DNA of 64,000 nucleotides. It comes from Phoronis australis (lineage: Eukaryota; Animalia; Phoronida). The notes under the pieces were generated by a model. It was not told the origin of the DNA. It made no database searches and saw only the letters and a list, made by a program, of their open reading frames with translations. A program made the translations under genes and the position numbers. Positions 37,201 through 49,800 of this stretch are shown here, piece by piece. The DNA is taken from contig NMRA01000029.1 in the NCBI GenBank assembly GCA_002633005.1, positions 902,086-966,085 on the forward strand. The letters run 5' to 3'. Each line of letters starts with the position of its first letter. Within the stretch, counting starts at the first letter, position 1.

Positions 37201-40200
37201 AAAAACGAAAACTCGACTCTAACAGAACAAACAAAGAGAAACAACAAAACTAAAACTAACGAAAGTGGTGACGGAAACTAAAAGGGAAGAGAGAAACGAT
37301 GTCTCTGATTGGAAAGAAACTAAACGAAGGTAATGTGAAAAATTATCATAAAAAACCGAAAAGGGGAGAAAAGGAAAAAGAGAGAAAGAAATAAGAAGAA
37401 ATGTGTTAATGAACTATGCAGGTATTTAGAGATGGTGCTGATTTATGAAATTAGTACTCGCCAGCAGGGTTTCAGTAGACAACAGAAAAGCACGGAAGGG
37501 GTAAAACAAACGACAGAGCCAAGCTGGAGCACAGTTCAGTCAAAGCAAACAAGAGCACAACAAAGTCAACAAACAATCTAAAGACTGAAGCAATACTACT
37601 GCCAAATGTGTCTCAACAGTCGCTTAATGAGTCACACGTAAATGGATGGCCCAAAATTAACAAACCAAGATTCGTTCTGATGCTTATTATAACATCCAAC
37701 AACAAAGAAACAACACCTCGAGACCGTGACAATTATGAAACAGGAGCTTAGCTCACAGGTGGAGCTAGTGTAACAAGGTCCTATCTAAAAATGCCTGAAT
37801 TCTGGGCTGCGTGCTGCAGTTTGTAAGTTTTCTAGGGTCTCACGTGACGTTAAGCGAACGTCAAAACTTGCTTTTAATTACAAGTTCTAAAGAATATCCA
37901 CCGCTCTTTAATTTATTCAACTGTGATCCTTCTTATATCACTTGTTGAGTATTGTTTCCACAAAGTGGCCCAAGTTCAGAGTGAAGCTCTTCAAAATAAA
38001 ACAGACTAAAAAGTATGTGCTATGATATACAAATCAGGAACAAAATCATTCAATTACGAGATAGTCACAACACTTTAAGGGCCATTACAAGAAAGAGCTA
38101 AGAGGCACTAGTACATTCAGTTGCTGCAATTTCATTCCTTGAAGAAGTTTTCAGCTCGGCAATTGTTCACTTGAAGCAGGCAGCTCAGCTCGTAACTCTC
38201 CATGTGCGGTGGCCTTAAGATGTGCTTCCACATCTCTGCCCTCACAATAAATGTTTCTCCACATTCCGTCAAACAAGAAACCAAGACACACTCAGCAAGC
38301 TGTAGGATACGACTTTACAACACATACCACCAATCACCAATAGTGTTTCTACTTGAAAACTAAGCAATACATTATACACACTCTGCCTGTGCAAGGCTGC
38401 ATAATATTCAATCAACCAATATCTTACACCACACTATGGGGCAGGACACAAAGTCAAGGTCCAGAGTTTACACAGACAATGAATTATTGCCACTTAAAAA
38501 TTTAAGTGGTTTTCAAAGCTTTCATAATTCCATATTACGATAAAATCTCACCAATTTAGAACATAACATGGCTGACAAGTGTAGTTTAATTTTTTTGATT
38601 TTATTTTTCGATAAAAGTTAAGTAGCACCAAATGAATGCTTTTTTCAAACTTCATACAACAGCTACCATCAGCTGATGTTTTGAGAGAACATGCGCATTC
38701 ACAATGAGGGAAGTGTTGTAAAAATGAAAAAGGCCAATATTTGACAAATTATTTTTGTTCAAAATTGGCGAGATGTTCTCGTAGCTCACAGAGTTACTTA
38801 GGATTTTCAGAGGGTTCCACACAACATAACAAATAAAACGACTTTACCTGTATTGCCTGAAGAGTAGAACATGACAAATGGACCATCGTTAATGAAATCA
38901 GACTCTTGCGAGCCTTCTAAAACTTGCGTTAAATTAATCTTAAGCTTAACTTCAATGGAATTTTGTTATTTTAGATGTATTGGCCTAAGCAAGTAATCTT
39001 CGCAAAGTCTGAGCAGAATAAGAAAATGCGAGTTAAATCACTCAAATGTAGGTGCGTTAAATGATAGGTGAAGTTGTCTTTTCGTGCCACACTGTGTCAC
39101 CACCAGCACAAACATCAAAATGCCAATTGAATAGGCGTCTGAATAGAACAGTTCGGTTGTTATTCGCAGCTGTTTAAATTAAACAGGTGATTCTCATGGT
39201 GACATAGACAAAAGCTAGCCAATAAGCCTAGCAGTTCATTACATTTGGCAATTAATGGCACTGGTGGACTCAGAGCGATGCTCTTAACATACTGTGGAAC
39301 CAAATTTACAGGTGTTACATAATTGTTCAAGTCAGGTTTTCAGGCACAGATCTTGGTATGGAATCTGATTCCTTCATGGACACGCGTTCATGTCATTGAA
39401 TCCCACAAACCATCGGAGAAAACCAAGACTGAATTCAAAGCTCATCACAATGTTGTTTGCCAGATATTCACTCATACTGATCTAAAGTAAAATCTCACAA
39501 ATCGAAGACACAATATGGCGAACAAGTGAATTATTTTCTCTCACTATTTTTATAAACCACAAGTTGCAGCAAAGTAATACTTTACCATTTCAAGTTTTTG
39601 ACTGTAGCTACCAGCAGACAATATTTTGAAAAGTAGCGGGCATTTACAACTATGTCATTTTTTGATCACTTATTATGAATTTAAACCTGTAATCTTGTTC
39701 CTAAGTGAACAAACATCATGGTTTTGTTACTTTAAGTGTGGGACACGCTCTATAATCTGCATGCCAGACTGAAATCCCCATCAATTTGTACTCTAAAACC
39801 CCATCTCCCTACCCCAAGCAGTGTCATATTCCAGACTACCCTAAGTTTTACTTGATTTTGGCCTATTAGTGCTGGCTTTTTATTTATTTCACTAATGCAG
39901 CCCTGTACACAAGTCAAGCAGAAGCCAAAAACTTAAAACACCAATGAATCCACTTTACTGCTGAGGCGTGGCAAATTTTCCTGTTGAACCAATGAAAGAA
40001 CCCCATTCAGTCCATGGTTTTATCATGTCTAATAAGGAATGCAAACTCGCCGCATTAAAAAACAAAAAACAAAGGGCTCCACCCCAAAACATGATCCAAA
40101 ACTCCATGGTTTTATCTCATTTTCAAGTATTCCACACAACACATTTCAAATCCTCTTCTCTCTCAACTACAAACAAAGCAACCCTACCTTCAGCTGGGCA

Positions 40201-43200
40201 GTGTCGTCTGCTAGACTTCCTTCCCTCTTCCTCGCCTCCTCAAGTATCTGAGCACTCTTCTTTTTCTCTGCCTGTTGGTTGCGTTTCAATGTACCCAGCT
40301 TTTGCTTCTGATCTTTCAGTGATCTGATAGCATGAGGACGTAAATTATGGTAATTTGATTAAATACGCAATGTTATCTATGACATTAACAAATGACCTCA
40401 ACTCTTAAGTAAAGTATCAAAAAAACTATGCTTTGTCAACCATAAACAGTACGTATTTTCTGAAAGGAGAAAGATCGAGGATTCTAAAAATATGCTTATT
40501 ACTACTGTTAGGAAATTCCTAACGGCGTTTTTGAGACATAATGTAAAGTTTACTATTAAGAATATTTTCTGAAAATCGGCTAGGGGTTATTTTGCTATGA
40601 ATGTATCTTTCTTGCACATGAAAATTTGATTTAAAAAACGTGGTCACATGACAATGATAAAGACACAGTAGTAAGAAGCAATTTTTAGAATCCTCGATCT
40701 TTCACCTTTCAGAAATATATACTTTTATGATTGACAAAGCATATTTTCTTCGATATTTTACTTAGAGTCGAGGTCCAAGATAACTTTAACTCCACCTTTA
40801 TCATAGTTTAAGTGTCAGGCAACTCAGACAGTGCATAACAGTTTTTGACAGAACGCAAGTCTTTTTGCCAATTGGAGACTTGTAGTTTATTTAGGGATGT
40901 GTACTTTATTTGGGGACGTGTAGTTCATTTGGGAACGTGTAGTTCATTTGGGAATGTGTAGTTCATTTGGGATTATGTAGTTTATTTGGGATTGTGTAGT
41001 TTATTCTGCGTTACGTAAGTTAAAGAGAAACTACATTGCGATGGTGATTGGTAAAATACAGTTCCACTTTCATTTACATAACACAAAACAAACTACACAT
41101 GACAGACTGTACTACACTCGCACTAAACTACACTGACAGAATAAACTACACCTTCCAAATAAACTACACATCAAAATATAACCTACACCTTCCAAATGAA
41201 CTACACATCAAAATATAAACTACACGTCCCCAAATAAACTACACATCCCCAAATAAACTACAAGGCCCAGAAGAAACTATACATTGAATAAACTAAATTT
41301 TACCGTTTTCAACAGGTGTCTGGAAGACAACATTTGGCCAGCCACATTTGTGTTGTTTTGATAGAGAAATGACAAATGTCCCTTATTTGTGTGTTATTGG
41401 GTCGCCTCTGATCATAGTACTGGATCCAACCCAATCTCAGTTCATAAAACATGAATCTCAGTGTTGCCAACTCACTCCTGAAGTTCCTTGATCTGTTTAT
41501 CTTTGTTGTATTTTTCATTCTCCACTTCTTTCAAGATGTCCAACAGGCGGTCGATTTCAGTCTGCGACTTGTTAACCTGTAAAAAGGAAATTCATAAAAA
41601 ACTTAAGTAGAAAACGTAATGGTGTATCAGAGCAACGCCATATTCAAATGCACTTTTACAGAGGAACGTGTGACGCAAAGGAACTGGCACCAATAACATA
41701 TTTGTAATAATGGACTGTAAAAAATGAAGCAATAATTATACCCATTTTCTATACACACATTGGGGCAAATATGAAGTTAAGAATTAACAATAACACAGTA
41801 ACACATTGACCGTACAGCATAAGCTCAGTAATGCTTTATTTCTGCAAATGCACTTCGGAAATCACGATCTCCTATTAAGTGACAAATAACTTACAGTAGT
41901 TACATAAACCTTACAGGGCTTGGAATGACCAATGACTAAAGAGGAAAAATTTCCAGGAGATGTATCGTTGCACAGTCAAATTGGCTTGTGTGACAGAAAC
42001 ATTTTTTGTGTGGTAAAATTTAACTGAAATAAACGCTTTTGCAAGAGCATAACAATGATAAAGAGACGAAAAACAAGGAAACTGGAAATTAAATAAGAGG
42101 AAATCTAAACGAAGAAGAAATCCTCTAAAAAGAGGAAAATTCCTAACCTAAAGTGCCATTCATATCACGAGTTATCCTAGAACAATGCTCAACTTAAAAG
42201 AGGCTGATCTGGCTATTAACCAATAACCATTACCTTGTTTAAAAAATTCCACACCTGAAAGGGGTATATTTTATCCATGACTTACCTGATCAGAGTGATG
42301 GGCCACCTCACTCTCCAGTTGCCTGATTTTCTCATCAGAGTCAGCACTGCTCTGTTGGGACTGTGCTGTGGCTAGTTGAGACTTTAACTAAAAACCAATA
42401 ACACGGATCGGTAACCATTTACTAGTGGCAGAGATTTCAAAGGAAAGCCATTTGTTGAAAACCAAAAAAGGGTGGATATTTTTTGAAAGTTCAAGCTAAA
42501 ATTTGGAATGGTCGTGGAATAAAAAGAACAATCTACGATTTTGGATTAACAAAACAAAAAAAACTTACTATAAACCCACAATATGTGCACAACAAACCCT
42601 TGAAATGATTACATTCCCGTTTCCCAATCAGTATGTCGGATTACATACAGCAGGTATGGAAAACAGACATAAGTTTTTGTTGAAACATTGATAAATATGA
42701 AGCAAAAATTCAAATTCTTTGATGGTTTTTACAAAATTTTACTTTTTTATTTTGATTCTGTTCACGATTTCTAACAAATTAACAAAACCAGACCGATTTT
42801 GAAGAACTTCATCTAGCGCTTAGCATATCATTACTCAATGTCTCTGGTGAAGTATCAATATTGAGAACAAACAGAACGAGCATACAATAAAAGTCAACTT
42901 TATTTCAACTCACCACTTCAAGCTCCGTCTTAAATGAGTTCAGTTCAGTTGTGGTTGACTTTAACTGAGTCTCCAAACTGTTGACAGTCGAGTCTTTTTT
43001 GGACTTCAGGTCGCTAAGCTGGGTACTCATACTTGTTAATTCCGCCTGAAATGGTGACAAGACACTAAATACATCTTCAGATAATTCACAAAAATAAACC
43101 TGAATGCTACTTGATCGCTGTTTAAATTCAAATAACAATGAATCAATTGTTTGCATTTGATTTCTAGCCATTCCACTCCGGATGATATCATGGAACAAAA

Positions 43201-43820
43201 CTGTTCTGTTGCCATGATTTTTAAAACCCTGGTTCTTCATGAAGACATTAACAAACTAGGTACGTGCGCTCAAGAGACCAGCATTCCAGATTTCATTTAG
43301 TATTAATAAGGGACATGGTCGGTATACAATGATACTCCATTTCTTTAGCCCACATAATATGACAAAAAAATGCTACACTTACATAATTAAGTTCGCAACT
43401 GGAATTATAGTAATTTCCCAATTGATAAATGTAACAGTCCCTGTGTCAAGACTATTTACATACATTTTTACTGGCCAAATCTTTCTGAAAGTCGTCTGCT
43501 CTATTCTTCAGTTCACGATTCGTTCGACCAATCATATCCACCTCATCCTGGTGGTCCTTCTCCATTCGCTCTTTTTGCTCTTTCAGCCTGGATGTCAAAG
43601 GTGAAAGATCATCAACGAATCAAAGACTTGGACAGATTGTATGGACAGTGTAAGCCAAAAATCATTTAATGCAAGGTATTTTATTAAAAAAAATAAAACT
43701 AAACAAATAAAGAAGTGTTTCACTGCTAAGCAGGCTAAAAAAAACAAAGTTGTATTAGGTCTTTTACTGATATCATAAAACTAGTCTCATTTCTTACTGT
43801 GATACGATTCTCTTTTCAAT

Positions 43821-43876
<56 letters not shown>

Positions 43877-46800
43877 GATCGAAACTAATAGCGACATTTA
43901 TGTATTGACTTTTGTGACTAGAGTTGGCAACAGAAACAGAATCCTCTCACAGTAAAAAATATTTTGAGACCGACTTCATGAGAGAAAAATGCCTTATTCA
44001 ATTTCTATTTTTATCCAGCTAAACAGAGCGAAATACAGCTTTGATTGCTACTTTTTGATCTATTCCGCATATCATGTTGACATTGTTATTCCTTAAGGTT
44101 GGCCATTTTGCCATGAAGGTGCAGTGCTCTGGAGCTCAATTTCAGACATTTTGATAAAAATTTTTCCTTCCTACTTGTCAATCTGTTTCTCTTTCTCATC
44201 TATAGTCTCTTGCAAGCTGGATGCCACACTGTCAGCAGAGCTCTGGTTGGACAGTAGAGACGCAATCCTCGTCTTGGACATGTTTATCTGGTCTTCCTTT
44301 TCTCGAATTTGCTCTTCAAGGCTGTCAATCTGTGAAATGTTAGAAACATGAATAAAGTCAAGTTTAAAGTTATTTATTACCAATCTTTGTGATATCCGTT
44401 CACATTTTATCAAATGACTTTTCATAATCCATTTTCAAAACCTTAAAATATGTACTTTCTGAAACCCCAATGACTGAAAAATCTTGAAAACATGCTTTAG
44501 AATGTTACACAATTGTTTATAATCACGTGCTCTACCACTTTTTAAAAAAAATGAAATTTTGGTGCTTCGAACCTGAATTTCTAAATACCTACACTGTCAA
44601 TACACAACAGTTTTTTATTTAACCTCATAACACACAGATCTCAGCCAGCAAAGCCCTTTTAAAACATTTCCATTTGTGATGACTGAAGGCAAAACAATAT
44701 CTGAGATATGGTACCTTCACAAATATGCGAACCAATAAGTGTGCAAAATTGCATGCAAATCGAACAATACACTAAAAGTGAAACCGATTTTCAAAACTTT
44801 TCTACAGTGTAAAAAATCAAAAAAATTTGCCACTTAATAGAAATAGAGTAAAGCCATTCTAAACAACTCGCATATGCAGCACATGAATAACGCTTTTTAA
44901 AGAAATGTTACGAATTGCAATGAAAATAATATAAATATTGAATGTACAAAAATCCAAACTTCTCATATACATTTAAAATAATTGCAATAGATTCTTCAAA
45001 TTAGGGTAGAATATTATGGAAAAGTAAAACACTATTTTGTCAAAATTTAATTCTACGATGGCCTGCACTCTAGGACTGTAATCAAACGAGTGACATTTTT
45101 GGAGCATAATGCAGTAAACCACCAAGCATCAGTTATTGACAATCCACTCGAATGGCATGTCAAACATTAATCCACACACGTCGAAATTGAGATAGCGCGA
45201 ACATATTTATCAGCTGATATAATACGGCGCATATAAGTGCATGGAAATTAAACGCTTTGAAATACCTTATTTACTCGACTTTTTACTTTTTGCTAGTCAC
45301 TCCGCCATTTGCAATCTTTAACCTACTGATGAACTCATGAACTAAAGCATTCACTGGGTTAATTGGCTGGCATTTGGGTCACTACACGACGTCAAAAACT
45401 GAGCTCACAAGATGGCAGACGATTTGATTCGTTGTTGTTAGAGGAAGGTAAAAAGAAGAAAAATATAATACGTAAGACCGACTGCAGTTTTCTAAACATG
45501 ACAAGGGAATTTGATTTGGTTAGTATTAACACACTGAACAAAATTTTTCCTCCCATTCTTTTAGTTTATATCCAGTGGAACTTCAGCTATGTTTACAGAG
45601 CCGAGTACTGGCTAGTCATTTGAATACTAGTTTCTATTTCTATGAACTTTTTGTTCATTTTCATTTGGACACCGTCCATTCCAACGACAGTCCAACACAC
45701 CTTCTTATTGACTGTGTTCAGTTTCCCTTCTCTATCGTCTGCCTCATCAGTAATTTCTCTGATTCGGGCTTCCAAGGATGTCTTGTCTGCAGTCAACACT
45801 GCACAGTGCTGCGCCCTTTTGTCCAGCTGTTCCTCCTTCTCCACCAGCCTCTCTCTGAGGTCGTCGATCTAGGAAGTAGCAGCAGACGTGAAATTGCAAA
45901 AAAAAAAACAAGAATACAATCAAGCATCACTCAGGGATTGGAATGACAGATAACAAAAAAAGAGGAAAAATTTCCAGGTGAAGAATCTTTCCACAAATAA
46001 ATAGGCTTGATGTGTGAAATTTTTATTGTGTTGTAAAATTCAACTGAAATAGATGTTTTTACATGGATAAAATCAAAATGACAAAAAATAGACGAAAAAA
46101 GAGGAAACTAGGAATCAAATAAGAAGAAATCGTAACCAAAAAAAAGAGGAAATCCTCTTAACAGAGGAAAATTCCAAGCCCTGATCACTAAAGTCTTGTT
46201 TGTGTTAGATACATTTCCCCTTGTTCACATTATGTCAATTATGTTGCCTTCAGGCAAACATTGGAGCATAGTGTATCTCCAATCAATACAGTGTTCACAA
46301 GCACAGTTAGTCATCCGCTTATTATTTGCTGACAATTGATTACATGGTAAACAATTAGATAGTCTTTGGCTTTCAACTGCATGAGAACTTGTCAAGCACC
46401 CTGAATTAGGTGTTTACAACGTCGTTCTTTGTACGACAGGCCTAGAGATTCTATTACAGAAATAAACTTTTTATTGAAATTGACTTCAGTTAATATATTT
46501 AAATCGTTATTGTTGACTTCCTGTGCTGGCACACCATGTTTGCATACGTCAAGTCAACGTGAACACGCAGTTTACTTATGATCAAAAACAACATGCAGGA
46601 AACCTGAATGCTAAATAAACAAAAAAAAATCGCACACACAGGAATGTAACTTGTATTTTTGTTTCAAAGGGTGCAACAACTAACATTGTCTCATACTCTG
46701 CACCTATTCCCACCATTACAAAGACCACTCCTCTCCCCTCCCCACTGTCCCCAAGTATGACGCCCAACCCCAGAGCCTCCATCCCACCACACGTACATCA

Positions 46801-49800
46801 GAGTGTAGGTGGGTGACTTTGCGTTCTTTTGCTGCTATCTGTTCCTTCAACACCAGTACATGCTGCTGCTGGTCAGAGAACTGTGCCTCCAGCGTTGTTT
46901 GTTGAGTCTTCATGCCAGCAACTTCAGTCTCTTTGTTGGACAGCTCTGTTTTGAGGTTCTCAACCTGAAATGTGAGACTGAAATGCTGTACAGTTTGCCT
47001 CGACTCAAATTTTGAAACCTGCTTATGGCAAAAATTACCACTTAAGTATGGGAATTTTTAGTTTTTCAACAGCTATGTTTAATAGGCAGAATGACATACG
47101 TCTTTAATATTTAGTAATCCACTTAGTGGCAACAAAATTTGATCCTTTGAATGTTAATTTTACAAAAAAGAGTATTAGAACAGCGTAATGAGAAAATGGA
47201 TATCTAATAAACAGGGGTTGGAATGACCAATGACAAAAAAGGAAAATTTTGCAGGTGATGTATAATTCCACAAATTAAAAGGCTTGCGTGATATTTTTTG
47301 TGTTGTAAAATTTAATAGAAATAAACGACTTTGCATGAATAAAGTCAAAATAGGGATAAACAAGAGACGAAAAACGAGGAAACTGGATATCAAATAAGAT
47401 GAAATATAGACCGAAAAAGAGGAAATCCTCTTAAAAGAGGAAAATTCCATCCAAGCCCTGGATGAAATTACATTTCAATAATTGAAATTGAACAGTTATT
47501 GTTCTATTCATAAACTGTAAACTGTAGTGATTTTCCGTATTCAATAAATGTGACGGATCTTTGCTTCTATGGAATGACAACTGGGCAATAGTTACATCCG
47601 AAATTCAAATCTCCTCTTGCACAAGTAGATGTTGTATGATTGGCCTAGTTTTCAAAAAGTTAGGTCACACATTTCTGAGCTAAAAAGTGAAGATACACTG
47701 CACCCCACTCAGCAACTCAAATTTCTTGGTGTCATTACCCAACTGTTAAACTTGATTGGCATTAGAATGATGAATATCAAAATAGTTTTAAGGAAATACT
47801 GATCATAAAATAATACAGGGACAAGAGCTGTGGGTAAATACTGAAGACTCAGAGAGGCACTGTGACATTTCAGGATGTGGCTAATATTCAGTCTACAACA
47901 ACTGGCGGCACTTTCTAGAATGAACAAGACGGCATAAAAAACCTGAAACAAAAAGAACAGCCTATATCCTACACGACCCCTGACCTTTGACTTGAGTAGT
48001 TTTTCCTGGCTCCTCAGTGTCTCCATCTCTTGATAGTCCACCTGGTGATCACTAGAAGTACTAGCACTAGCCTGTCTGGCTTGCTCCAAGGCAGCCTCCA
48101 GTTGCTGTATCTCTTGCTCCAGGCTCTCGATTCTGGAGTCCTAAAAAGTAACAGTAACCGTGTGCACATCAGGCTTTCCTGGTCACACAGCACAGCATGC
48201 TTTAGGAATATTAAGAGGATTAAAGACTAGAAGGAGGGGCTACTGTGTATATAACTCAAGTCAGCAGTATACGTGACAAATTCAGCAATGTGATTTACAG
48301 GACAAGGCAGTCACGACCACTAACAGTATTTTCGTTTAGAACCTCACTGTAAGATTGTCCTAACTACAAAGTTGAACTGACAAATATACTGAGGATGGAA
48401 GTTGTGCACAATCACAGAAAACAACTAATGCCATATTAAATCCTACCAAGTAATTTAAGTAATTTTTTTGTTATAGAGACATGTGTTCGTACAGGTGGAT
48501 TAAAATAACAAATACGTAACAAAACAGGAACACCCAGCCGACCATGGGGCTTATAAGTCACTTTAGATACACGAAAAAAAACCCCAAGTGTACACGCATT
48601 GCGAGAGGACCACATACAGAACACAGTCACTGTGATAAGAGTGATCATATTAAATAAATGAATCTACAAAGTGCTGAAAGAAAAGAAATCGAACAGTCCA
48701 CAATGGCCCATACGTAGAAAAATAGTGTGCATGTCAGGAAGTAGTCGAAGTGTTGCATATTGGGATTGACCCAAGTGTCGGCACATGGTGAGCGTAAACT
48801 GTATAAACAAAGATAAACGAAGAAAATTTGACAGAAGCAGACGTGGCAGGGGTTGTCATAAACAAGACCTTTGAAGCGTGCACTGTTGAAAAGCTCAAAC
48901 GTTGACTGCGTTGTGGAAATGGTGTTTCATGTTGTTATTAAAAAAATATCTAGGCATACAACAGGTGAATCCTCCGGCGCCACCCATCACTACAGTTACA
49001 AGCCAGAATTAACATCCGGGGCAATGCAAAGTGGTTACTCGGGTCTATCCCAAGATGTACCGTGGTACCAAAGGGCGCGGCTTTCAAAATGTCGGATCTT
49101 CGTATCAGCTATTCAAACAAAGACAAATCCTTAAGCATTGTATTTTAGTTGATAATTTCCACATACCCTGCCATCAAGAAGGGCCTGAACTGCATCCAAA
49201 CTCTGCGAGTCACGATTAGCCTTGTCTAGTTGAGCTCTGGTCTGGTTGAGAACAGCTGTACTCTCATCCAGTCTCTGAAAAAAATGGAAGAAAATCGGTT
49301 TAATTGTATTTTATTTCAAATGCTTCGGATATACCCTCGGCTGGCAACACATTCCCTCTGACCTCATAGCATAACAACAGGTCAGAAACACCTCCGGGAC
49401 GAATAAAAAAAAATCAATTTTGGTTTGAATTTTGGTGCCTCAAATTTTACATACTGTACGAAACGTAAGAATTTTTACTGTAATTTAACAAAATAACTTA
49501 GAATTCCGCCATGATAACAAAGTGCAGTCAGAATTCATAGTAGCTTGAAAGATGAGCTATAACAGGAAGATTTTGTCTAACTGTCATTAGCGAGTATCTT
49601 ATTAGCGCAAATCCTCGGTCACTGTATCTGAGGGAAGAAACACGTTCACCAGGACTCAGATCCAAACACACTCAGTTAAGATTGCAATACACCTACCTGC
49701 CTATGGTGATTTACGATGTCAAAATATTGACTTTGGAAATTACACCAATTATCACCGTCAAATGAGTAGTAATTTGTATGCAACTTATGAGATTTCTGAG

